Origin: Hadesarchaea archaeon
GTDB lineage: Archaea > Hadarchaeota > Hadarchaeia > Hadarchaeales > Hadarchaeaceae
Assembly (NCBI GenBank): GCA_030672285.1
Contig: DAOVGS010000028.1
Location: 1-38,672 of the forward strand
DNA length: 38,672 nt
Direction: 5' to 3'
The first letter of the stretch is position 1; the number at the start of each line of letters is the position of its first letter. Positions 17,727 through 25,908 of the stretch are shown in pieces. The notes beneath the pieces are model-generated. The model was not told the origin of the DNA. It ran no database searches and worked only from the letters and a program-made list of their open reading frames with translations. The position numbers and the translations under genes were made by a program.

Positions 17727-19001
17727 ATGCAGATGGAGGAGGCCAAGCGCGGCGCGGTGACGCCCGAGGCGGAGGCGGTCGCGAAAGCCGAGGGAAAGCC
17801 AGTTAAATTTTTATTACGGGGGCTAGCGGCGGGCAGGCTGATCATCCCCCGCAACGCGAGGCGTGAAAATGTCAGCGTTCGGGGCATAGGCGAGGGATTG
17901 CGGACGAAAATAAACGCCAACATCGGTACCTCGCCCGACTACGCGGACATCGATGAGGAAGTCGAGAAGGCAAAGGTCGCGGTCAGGTATGGGGCCGACA
18001 CGGTGATGGACCTCAGCATAGGCGGCGACGTCGATGAGGTCAGAAGGCGGATCCTCCGCGCCGTGAACGTACCCGTGGGGACCGTTCCAGTTTACCAAGC
18101 GTGGATTAAGGCGGCCTCGAGAGGCGACGCAGAGGGCATGACTTCAGATGACCTCTTCAACGGGATTCGAAGGCATGCTCGGGATGGTGTGGACTTCGTA
18201 ACCGTACACTGCGGCGTGACTCGCGCGGCGATTGAGACTTTGAAGCGCAGTGGAAGATTGCTCGACGTTGTCAGTCGGGGGGGAGCTTTCCTAGCGGCTT
18301 GGGTCCTTCACAACGAACAGGAGAACCCCCTTTACAAGGAGTTCGATTACCTACTCGAGCTTGCGCGGGAGTTCGATCTGACGCTCAGCTTGGGGGACGG
18401 GATGCGCCCGGGGTGCTTGGCAGACGCCTCCGATGTGGTGCAATTTCAGGAGCTGCTCACGCTCGGAAAGCTGGTTGAGCGGGCGTGGGCCAAGGATGTG
18501 CAAGTGATGGTGGAAGGTCCCGGACACCTGCCACTTGACCACATCGAGGCCAACGTCAAAATCGAGAAGGCAATGTGCAAAGGGGCGCCTTTCTACGTTT
18601 TAGGCCCCTTGGTTACCGACATCGCCCCAGGATATGATCACTTGGTTGGGGCCATCGGGGGAGCCCTTGCGGCGTGGGCGGGGGCTGATTTTCTCTGTTA
18701 CCTTACCCCAGCCGAGCACCTCTGTCTACCCTCAATCGAAGATGTCAAGGATGGAGTTGTGGCAACGAAAATCGCTGCTCACGTGGCGGATCTCGTTAAG
18801 GGAATTGGGGCTAAGCGTGACGATGAGATGGCGAAAGCACGAAAAGAGTTGGATTGGGCTAAGCAGTTCAGGCTGGCCATAGATTCTGAAAAGGCGCAAG
18901 AGTTCAGAAAGCGGAGACCACCCCTGCTTGACTCGAAAGTCTGCACCATGTGTGGACGTTGGTGTGCCATCAAAATGATCAACACTTATCTAAAGAAATG
19001 A
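17727..19001 (+). CDS. thiC: Phosphomethylpyrimidine synthase
   Basis: TKINANIGTS, MDLS, GTVPVYQ, VSRGG, LGDGMRPG, EGPGH, GYDH, TPAEHL, C-terminal CTMCGRWC. A Bza-type paralog is not excluded. Confidence 0.9.
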   Translation: MQMEEAKRGAVTPEAEAVAKAEGKPVKFLLRGLAAGRLIIPRNARRENVSVRGIGEGLRTKINANIGTSPDYADIDEEVEKAKVAVRYGADTVMDLSIGGDVDEVRRRILRAVNVPVGTVPVYQAWIKAASRGDAEGMTSDDLFNGIRRHARDGVDFVTVHCGVTRAAIETLKRSGRLLDVVSRGGAFLAAWVLHNEQENPLYKEFDYLLELAREFDLTLSLGDGMRPGCLADASDVVQFQELLTLGKLVERAWAKDVQVMVEGPGHLPLDHIEANVKIEKAMCKGAPFYVLGPLVTDIAPGYDHLVGAIGGALAAWAGADFLCYLTPAEHLCLPSIEDVKDGVVATKIAAHVADLVKGIGAKRDDEMAKARKELDWAKQFRLAIDSEKAQEFRKRRPPLLDSKVCTMCGRWCAIKMINTYLKK

Positions 19002-19059
19002 CGTAAGAACTATTTTTTAAATCAGTATTTTAAGAACCGAATCACAGTAGTAGAGAGGC

Positions 19060-20130
19060 ATGCACATGAAACTTTTCACCGTTGGACCAGTCGCCTGCCG
19101 GCCAGAAGTTCTTGAAGAGATGAGCAGTCAGATGTTCAGTCACCGGAGCGAGGATTACAAGGAGCTTCATCGTGAAACGGTCGAACGGCTGCGGCGATTT
19201 CTTGAAACTGAGAACCAAGTTTTCCTTTTTCCAAGCTCCGGGTCGGGTGTGATGGAGGGCACCGTACGAAACTGCGTCGAACGAAAGATGCTGTGCTGTA
19301 TAAACGGAGAGTTCGGAAAGCGCTACGCAAGGGTCGGTGAATCCAATGGAAAAGAGGTCGAGCGACTCGAGGTGGAGCTTGGTAAATCTATCACCCCTGA
19401 ATCATTGGATGAGTTGCTTTCCTCAAGTCCGGATGTTGAGGCAGTCGCGATAACCTACAACGAGACAAGCGTCGGACTGTTGAACCCTCTCCCAGAGCTG
19501 GCTAAGGTCGTCAAAAAACACGGGAAGCTTCTGTTTGTCGACGCGGTGAGCGCGATGGGCGGGGTCGAGCTGAAAGTTGACGAATGGGGGATAGACGTCG
19601 GTTTCACGAGTTCACAGAAGTGCTTCGGGGTTCCCCCCGGATTAGCTCTCGCGAGCGTGAGCGAGGAAGCTTTGAAACGATCGGAGCGAGCCAAGGACAA
19701 AGGATGGTACTTCGATTTCAAACTCTATGAGAAGTATCAACAGGAGGGGAGTAGTACCCACATGACTCCTCCCATCCCACAAATCCTCGCCCTTAACAAG
19801 GAGCTCGAGATCATCGAGCAGGAGGGCGGCAAGCAAAAGCGTTTTAAGCTTTACTCCGAACGAATGCAGAAAATTAAACAAGGAATCAAAGCTCTGGGTC
19901 TCTCCCTATTCCCCGAGCCTGGGTACGAAAGCCCAACTGTAGGTTGTGTGAACGCTCCCGAGGGGATAAGCGGACTTGAGGTGTACGAGCGGATGCGCGA
20001 GCGCGGATTTGAGCTGGCGAAGGGATACGGGAAGCTGAAGGAGCGGACCTTCAGGATAGGGAACATGGGATACATTCGCCTCGAGGATGTGGCTGAGATG
20101 CTTCAGGCTCTTGCGGAGGCAGCGAAGTAA
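19060..20130 (+). CDS. Class-V aminotransferase (serine-pyruvate/alanine-glyoxylate family)
   Basis: LFTVGP, SHRS, NETS.G, VDAVSAMG, SSQKCFGVPPG, FRIGNMG. Confidence 0.9.
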   Translation: MHMKLFTVGPVACRPEVLEEMSSQMFSHRSEDYKELHRETVERLRRFLETENQVFLFPSSGSGVMEGTVRNCVERKMLCCINGEFGKRYARVGESNGKEVERLEVELGKSITPESLDELLSSSPDVEAVAITYNETSVGLLNPLPELAKVVKKHGKLLFVDAVSAMGGVELKVDEWGIDVGFTSSQKCFGVPPGLALASVSEEALKRSERAKDKGWYFDFKLYEKYQQEGSSTHMTPPIPQILALNKELEIIEQEGGKQKRFKLYSERMQKIKQGIKALGLSLFPEPGYESPTVGCVNAPEGISGLEVYERMRERGFELAKGYGKLKERTFRIGNMGYIRLEDVAEMLQALAEAAK

Positions 20131-20229
20131 GGAACCTCCAACCCCACGACGGGTGATGCTTCTAATAGGAAAATTTCAGGGAATGACACTATCATTATAA
20201 AGAAGCGGGAAAATCGTGTTGTGAGGCAG

Positions 20230-21153
20230 ATGGGATTAACACCAACGAAGTTCATCTGGATGGACGGAAAACTCGTTCCGTGGGAAGAAGCAAACGTGCA
20301 CGTGCTCACCCACACCCTCCACTATGGTTTGGGTGTCTTCGAGGGTATCCGCTGCTACAAAACCGAGAAGGGCCCAGCGGTTTTCAGACTCAAGGATCAC
20401 ATCCAAAGGCTGGAGGATTCGGCAAAACTCGTTGGGATGAAACTCCCGTACTCGGTCAAGGAGCTGGTAAAAGGGGTCAAGGAAACGATAAAGGCGAACG
20501 AGATCGGGGAGTGCTACATCCGTCCCATCGCCTTCTACGGCTACGGCGTCATGGGGCTGAACCCAGAGGGCTCTCGGGTCAACGTGGCGATAGCGGTCTG
20601 GCCTTGGGGTACCTACCTGGGTGAGGAGGGCCTCGAACGCGGAATCCGGGCGAAGATCTCCCCTTGGCTTCGAATTCATCCTCGCATCCTCCCGCCTCAA
20701 GCGAAGTTGGTGGCAAACTACGCCAACTCGATTCTCGCGAAGGTGGACGCGCTCAACTCAGGGTACGACGAGGCCATCCTCCTGAACATAGATGGGTTCG
20801 TCGCGGAGGGTCCAGGGGAGAACCTCTTTATAGTGGAAAAAGGCAAGCTCGTGACCCCGCCGCTCTCTTCCGGTGCGCTCGGGGGCATCACTCGGGACTC
20901 GATTATAAAAATCGCCCGTGATAAAGCAATTCCGTTCAAAGAAGAAGACATCTCGAAAGACAGACTTTACCGCGCCGACGAAGCTTTCTTCACGGGAACC
21001 GCGGCAGAGGTAACACCCATCCGGGAAGTGGATGGCAACTGCATAGGGAGCGGGAAGCGAGGGAAAATCACCGAGGAACTCCAGCACATATTTTTCGAAG
21101 CGGTTCGGGGGAAGGAGCTGAAGTACGAGGCTTGGCTGGATTACGTGAGGTAG
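20230..21153 (+). CDS. ilvE: Branched-chain amino acid aminotransferase
   Basis: [48 protein letters not shown]. Confidence 0.93.
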   Translation: MGLTPTKFIWMDGKLVPWEEANVHVLTHTLHYGLGVFEGIRCYKTEKGPAVFRLKDHIQRLEDSAKLVGMKLPYSVKELVKGVKETIKANEIGECYIRPIAFYGYGVMGLNPEGSRVNVAIAVWPWGTYLGEEGLERGIRAKISPWLRIHPRILPPQAKLVANYANSILAKVDALNSGYDEAILLNIDGFVAEGPGENLFIVEKGKLVTPPLSSGALGGITRDSIIKIARDKAIPFKEEDISKDRLYRADEAFFTGTAAEVTPIREVDGNCIGSGKRGKITEELQHIFFEAVRGKELKYEAWLDYVR

Positions 21154-21245
21154 TCAAGTGGCACGATTCATAAAAGAAAAACGTGTGGCAAGTGTTTAAA
21201 TCCAGACAAATGCTAAATCAGATTGGGGAAAGTTGGGGTGAAACT

Positions 21246-21998
21246 TTGGCGAAGAAGAAAAAATCGCGGCGAAGAAAAAAATTGGAAGAAATGCTTAAAA
21301 TGCTAGATGAGAGGCTCATCCGCGGTGAAATCTCCGAGCCCACGTACAAGGAACTCAAAGCGAAGTATAGCGCCGGATTGGAGGAGATTGCAGAAAAACC
21401 AGCCGCACCGAAAATTGCCGTGGCAGAAAAGCCCACAGCGCCTGCGCCTGCGGTGGAAAAGCCTCCGGAAAAACCAGCACCGAAACCTGGGAAAACTCCA
21501 TGGGGGAAGTGTCCCGTATGCGGTGGGGAGTGGCCACCTGAACTAGACGGGTGCAAGGGATGTAAAGCTACAGTGTTGGCCGCGCACTCGATTCACAAAA
21601 ATCGTTCATTGCTTGCGTTAGGCCCACGTGGTAAACGTGCCAGAGGTTTTGTGCACGCCGAGTATGGGGCGCGAAGAATCGCTTTTCTGATAGACTGGTT
21701 GCCGATCAGCGAGTTTTCCGATGGTGCCACCCTCATCAAGAGATATAGGGATGGCACGAACGATCGTGCCCGCTTTAAACTGAAGACTCGGGAGTGGGAT
21801 GTACATTTTCATAAAGGCATTACCAATCCAGAAAAAATACTGGGCTTCTTTACCCACCCATCAGAGCGCCCAGCAGAGGTCGTGCCGAGTAAACCGGCGG
21901 AGAAGGCAAACATCTGTTCTAACTGCAGTGTAAAACTGGAACCGGGTGCAAAATTCTGCCCAAATTGTGGACGCAAAGTGGAACCATCCAAAGCGTAA
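21246..21998 (+). CDS. Zinc-ribbon protein with N-terminal SHOCT-like helices and a Pro/Ala/Lys linker
   Basis: SD GGGGTG precedes TTG21246. Contains LDERLIRGEISEPTYKELK, CPVC...CKGC and C-terminal CSNC...AKFCPNCG. Confidence 0.75.
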   Translation: MAKKKKSRRRKKLEEMLKMLDERLIRGEISEPTYKELKAKYSAGLEEIAEKPAAPKIAVAEKPTAPAPAVEKPPEKPAPKPGKTPWGKCPVCGGEWPPELDGCKGCKATVLAAHSIHKNRSLLALGPRGKRARGFVHAEYGARRIAFLIDWLPISEFSDGATLIKRYRDGTNDRARFKLKTREWDVHFHKGITNPEKILGFFTHPSERPAEVVPSKPAEKANICSNCSVKLEPGAKFCPNCGRKVEPSKA

Positions 21999-22152
21999 AC
22001 GCTTTCCGGCATGGACAAAGGATCCCCCCTTCATGACGTGTTTAAATTACGGGGAGTGCTAGAACGTATACCCGCCAAAGTTCTAGAACCAAAGGATAAA
22101 AGCCTAGAAAACATTTAAAAGAGCAAAAACAACCGTCTTTGGAGGTAAATAA

Positions 22153-23043
22153 TTGAAGCAAAAAGGAATCTCCGCAATGGGCATCGTGATAGTGATTATT
22201 GTAATCGTAGTTGCAGCGGGCGCGGGCACATACTTCTTAGTGCTAAAAGGACCGGGCGACTTTGGCGAAGCATACATCACGGGGCTCGTGGACGAGAACG
22301 GGAACACAATAGTTAGCGGTGGCACAACCGACCAAAAAGTGCAGCACATCAAGGGGACGGTGAAGAACCCCCAACCAGATGAAACGACATTTAAGGGCAA
22401 GGTCTATCTGAACTTCAACGGTGCAGATGAAGAAATTCCCGCATACAATGATGGCACACACGGCGACGAAACGGCGGGAGATGACATCTGGGCCTTTTAT
22501 GAGACGCGTGTGTTGATAAGCGGCGCAAACACGTTCCTGATAATAGTCAAGGATGAGGCAGGGAACACCGTTGCCCAAAGCGATGAATTTACAGTGACTG
22601 CTAACATCCCGGTGATGGACATCTGGATACAGCTCACGTGGGACACCGACGGAACGGATGTCGATCTACACGTATGGGACCCAGGTAACGAGCATACCTA
22701 CTTTGGACAAAAAACTGAAGCCGCAGGTGGAATATCGGGCGCGGAACTGGATGTCGATGATGTAAATGGTTATGGTCCAGAGCACTTCACGATGCAGAGC
22801 GCCCAGGTTGGCGACTATGTCGTTAAAGTAAGATATTACAGCGCTCATGGTGTTACTGCAAATACCACTGCAACGGTCAGGATAAGCATCGCAGGGGGGG
22901 CATACCACACATACACACACACTTTCACTCCTGATGACGTTACAACAGAGACCGGCTACAGCACTACTTCTGGTTATGACTGGCATGTCGCGACGCTGTC
23001 GATGACGGGCACCGGTGGCGGCACAGTTACTGCTAGTACATGA
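22153..23043 (+). CDS. Membrane-anchored YfaP/DUF2135-like protein with class III (prepilin-like) signal
   Basis: MKQKG|ISAMGIVIVIIVIVVAAG; NDGTHGDETAGDDIW motif; LTWDTDGTDVDLHVWDP and LDVDDVNGYGPEHF. Confidence 0.8.
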   Translation: MKQKGISAMGIVIVIIVIVVAAGAGTYFLVLKGPGDFGEAYITGLVDENGNTIVSGGTTDQKVQHIKGTVKNPQPDETTFKGKVYLNFNGADEEIPAYNDGTHGDETAGDDIWAFYETRVLISGANTFLIIVKDEAGNTVAQSDEFTVTANIPVMDIWIQLTWDTDGTDVDLHVWDPGNEHTYFGQKTEAAGGISGAELDVDDVNGYGPEHFTMQSAQVGDYVVKVRYYSAHGVTANTTATVRISIAGGAYHTYTHTFTPDDVTTETGYSTTSGYDWHVATLSMTGTGGGTVTAST

Positions 23044-23055
23044 ACAAAAGGCAAA

Positions 23056-23097
23056 GGGGGCTCTAACGCAGCTCGTGGCCCCCAACTTTTTTATTTT
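23056..23097 (+). terminator. Stem-loop plus T-tract terminator
   Basis: GGGGGC (23056-61) pairs with GCCCCC (23078-83), followed by TTTTTTATTTT. Confidence 0.6.
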
Positions 23098-23157
23098 GTT
23101 GAAAGCCTGCACGCGCAAAGGTTAATTTAACCGTCCCCTAACCAACTTCGTGGTCGA

Positions 23158-24126
23158 ATGCGGCTAGGCAGGAACTTCACGAATTTGCTCTACTTCGAGT
23201 ACCTGAGTGAGGCGGACAAGCGCAGGCTCGAGTTAGGTGAGCTAAGCGTCGCGGACATGGATGCCACCGTTCAGGTAACGGCGAAAGGAGATATCGCGCG
23301 ACAGGTCCAAGTGGCTAAGGCGATGGGTCTTGATCACGTAGAGCTAGATGGCGCGGTACCGAACCCTTACCTCACCTTCACCGGGGAAGCCAAGCGGGAA
23401 GCTAAAAGCGCGGCCGAGCGAGCCGGCATATCCCTCTCGCTTCATCTACCATACACCTACGTCGGCGCTGGTGTCTGCGCACCCGATGAGATCGACCGTC
23501 GGGCAGCAGTTAAGCTCCACAAGCGTTACCTCGAGTTCGCCTCCAGCATAGGTTGCGAGTACTGCAACATACATCCCGGAGTAGTGCCGTTTTATCATGC
23601 GAGCGGCAAGTACTTCGATCTAATTCGGGCTAGCTTGGTCCGCAGCATGCTCGAGCTGGGCGAGTTCGCGGCTGCTCGGAAAGTCGTGCTCCACCTCGAG
23701 AACAACACGGCCTTTGACGCTGTGTTCGTAGAGCCCGAGGAAATTTCTAGCGTGATCGAGGAAGTTCGAGGGCAGGGGGTAGAGGTCTACTTCAACTTCG
23801 ATATTGGGCACTGGTTCACCCGCGCGGATGTCGGTAAGCCGGTGCCGGACCCGCCGGAAAAAATCATCGAGGAAATCCCCGATGGCATGTTCAAGGAAGT
23901 GCACCTGAACGACTACGTGCCGGGCAAGCGCATCTTCCACCCGCCGCTACAGGAGGGCCTGGGCCTGTTCAAGCGAGAGAATCTAGTGCGTTATGCGCAG
24001 CTCGTTCGCGACAAGGGCGCCGAGCTAATCGTGGTCGAGACGGCAATCAAGACAAAAGAGCAAGTGATGCGCCGCAACGAGATCATGCAGGGGGAGAACG
24101 GGTTTTTAAGAACGATTTTCGGGTGA
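23158..24126 (+). CDS. Xylose-isomerase-like TIM-barrel protein (sugar phosphate isomerase/epimerase / AP_endonuc_2 family)
   Basis: HVEL, LSLHLP, NIHPG, LHLEN, FDIGHW, EVHLND, HPP, VVET metal-ligand pattern. Confidence 0.82.
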   Translation: MRLGRNFTNLLYFEYLSEADKRRLELGELSVADMDATVQVTAKGDIARQVQVAKAMGLDHVELDGAVPNPYLTFTGEAKREAKSAAERAGISLSLHLPYTYVGAGVCAPDEIDRRAAVKLHKRYLEFASSIGCEYCNIHPGVVPFYHASGKYFDLIRASLVRSMLELGEFAAARKVVLHLENNTAFDAVFVEPEEISSVIEEVRGQGVEVYFNFDIGHWFTRADVGKPVPDPPEKIIEEIPDGMFKEVHLNDYVPGKRIFHPPLQEGLGLFKRENLVRYAQLVRDKGAELIVVETAIKTKEQVMRRNEIMQGENGFLRTIFG

Positions 24127-24130
24127 GCCC

Positions 24131-24742
24131 TTGCCTAACGTTTTTTTGATCGGCAGGCCGGGCTGCGGGAAGTCTGCGGCCTATCATGTACTCGAGGAGG
24201 AACTTCGAGCGCGAGGCTATGGGGGCGAGCTCAAGCGCATCGACGATTTTCCGTTTTTGAAACACATCTTCGACACGGATGTTGAGTATAAAAGGCACCG
24301 CCCAGCCCCAGGGGGAGGGGTAAAGATCATCGATGATACGGTTTGGGACGACCTCGCGCGAGCGCTGAACCAAGAGGCGCTTAAGCTGCAGTCACCGAGC
24401 CGATTGTTGTTTATCGAGTTTTCGCGTGATAATTATCGACGGGCATTCAAACACTTTGATCCCGAGTTGATACGCGGCTCGCTCATCGTTTACGTCGACT
24501 GTTCATGGGACATGTGCTGGGAACGGAATGTTCGGCGGGCCAAGCTAGAGAAAGGACTGGATGCACACTTAGTTTCAAGGGAGGAAATGGAGATTACTTA
24601 CAAATACGATGATCACGGGGAGCTCTCAAAACACATCGGGGCGCCCGTGCTCGTGGTAAGGAACGATTCGGACGACCTCGAGAAGTTGCGAGGGGAACTC
24701 CGGAAAGTCATTGAAAAGCTTAAGGAGGCGATAAAGAAGTAG
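24131..24742 (+). CDS. P-loop nucleotide/small-molecule kinase-like protein
   Basis: VFLIGRPGCGKS Walker A, FIEFSR, VYVDCS..C.ERN..R lid motif. Confidence 0.8.
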   Translation: MPNVFLIGRPGCGKSAAYHVLEEELRARGYGGELKRIDDFPFLKHIFDTDVEYKRHRPAPGGGVKIIDDTVWDDLARALNQEALKLQSPSRLLFIEFSRDNYRRAFKHFDPELIRGSLIVYVDCSWDMCWERNVRRAKLEKGLDAHLVSREEMEITYKYDDHGELSKHIGAPVLVVRNDSDDLEKLRGELRKVIEKLKEAIKK

Positions 24743-24756
24743 TTTTTGAGATTTAC

Positions 24757-25869
24757 ATGGATGAGAGAGGAAGCACCACTTCAGTGATTATTGCGGTAGT
24801 TGTTGTGGCTGTAGTTGTAGTGGGAGTTAGTCTTTACTTTTTGAGCAACTTTGGCGGCGACAATCTGGGATCAGGCCCAATCACTTTCACGTATTCCCCA
24901 CTGGAAGAAAATTTGATCGACAGTATAACCCCCCTAGGAAACCTCAATCCTCCTGGCCATACCTTTCCCACTGACCATATCTATCTTAATCTTAGTGAGG
25001 GCCAGGATGCTCCTCCATACGCTATGATCAGAGCTCCCGCAGATGGGATTATAACAGGGATTGAGTTGGGGGTCTATGACCGGCCAGATGGTGGTGGCAC
25101 ATACGAAGATTACGCACTAGATTTCACCTATACCTCAACGTTCAAGGGTTACTTCTACCACCTAAACGGGCTTGACCAGTCAATTTTGCAAGAGGCAGGC
25201 ACACTAAACACGGATGGTTACACTGATGTTCACATCCCCGTCGAGGCGGGGGATGTTTTGGGAAAAATCGAGTGGATCCAGCCATATGGGTACGGTATGG
25301 ATTGGGGAGTAATAGATTATGATGTTACGCTAGGGTTCACAAATTCAGACAGATATGAAGACCCGTGCCATCCCCCACTTCATTCTGTTTGTCCACTTGA
25401 CTACTGTGCAGAACCCCTGAAAACTTCCCTTTACGAGAAAGTTGGTCGAACGGCCGAACCGAGGGGAGGCAAAATTGATTTTGATCAGCCGGGCAAACTC
25501 GTAGGTAACTGGTTCGCGGAGGGAATTGACGAATCCGACCCGCTAGGGGATTGGTCTAATCACTTGGCTTTTGTTTATAATCTGTATGATCCAACTCAGA
25601 TAAAAATCTCCATTGGGGGAAATCTCTCGATAACTGGGCTATACTCTGTTGTGGGGAACTTTCCCGACCCAGCCGATGTTTCTATCGAGACTGGAAAAGT
25701 CTGTTATCAACTCCAAGGGACACCCATGGAGTCAGGGGGCGGACAGCAAGAGGGAGTTCTCATCGCCCAAGTGGTGGATACTAACAGAATAAAAGTGGAT
25801 ACAATAGAGGGCGTGCAAGCTAGCTCCGACCCAGATTTCACCGAGAATGCCAAGTATTACATAAGGTAG
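24757..25869 (+). CDS. Membrane-anchored extracellular protein with degenerate M23/hybrid-motif domain
   Basis: MDERG|STTSVIIAVVVVAVVVVG; PTDHIY, RAPADGIIT, YFYHL, VEAGDVLG. Confidence 0.65.
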   Translation: MDERGSTTSVIIAVVVVAVVVVGVSLYFLSNFGGDNLGSGPITFTYSPLEENLIDSITPLGNLNPPGHTFPTDHIYLNLSEGQDAPPYAMIRAPADGIITGIELGVYDRPDGGGTYEDYALDFTYTSTFKGYFYHLNGLDQSILQEAGTLNTDGYTDVHIPVEAGDVLGKIEWIQPYGYGMDWGVIDYDVTLGFTNSDRYEDPCHPPLHSVCPLDYCAEPLKTSLYEKVGRTAEPRGGKIDFDQPGKLVGNWFAEGIDESDPLGDWSNHLAFVYNLYDPTQIKISIGGNLSITGLYSVVGNFPDPADVSIETGKVCYQLQGTPMESGGGQQEGVLIAQVVDTNRIKVDTIEGVQASSDPDFTENAKYYIR

Positions 25870-25908
25870 TTACACTCGATTAACTTGGATGACTCTCAAT
25901 AAGCGTCG

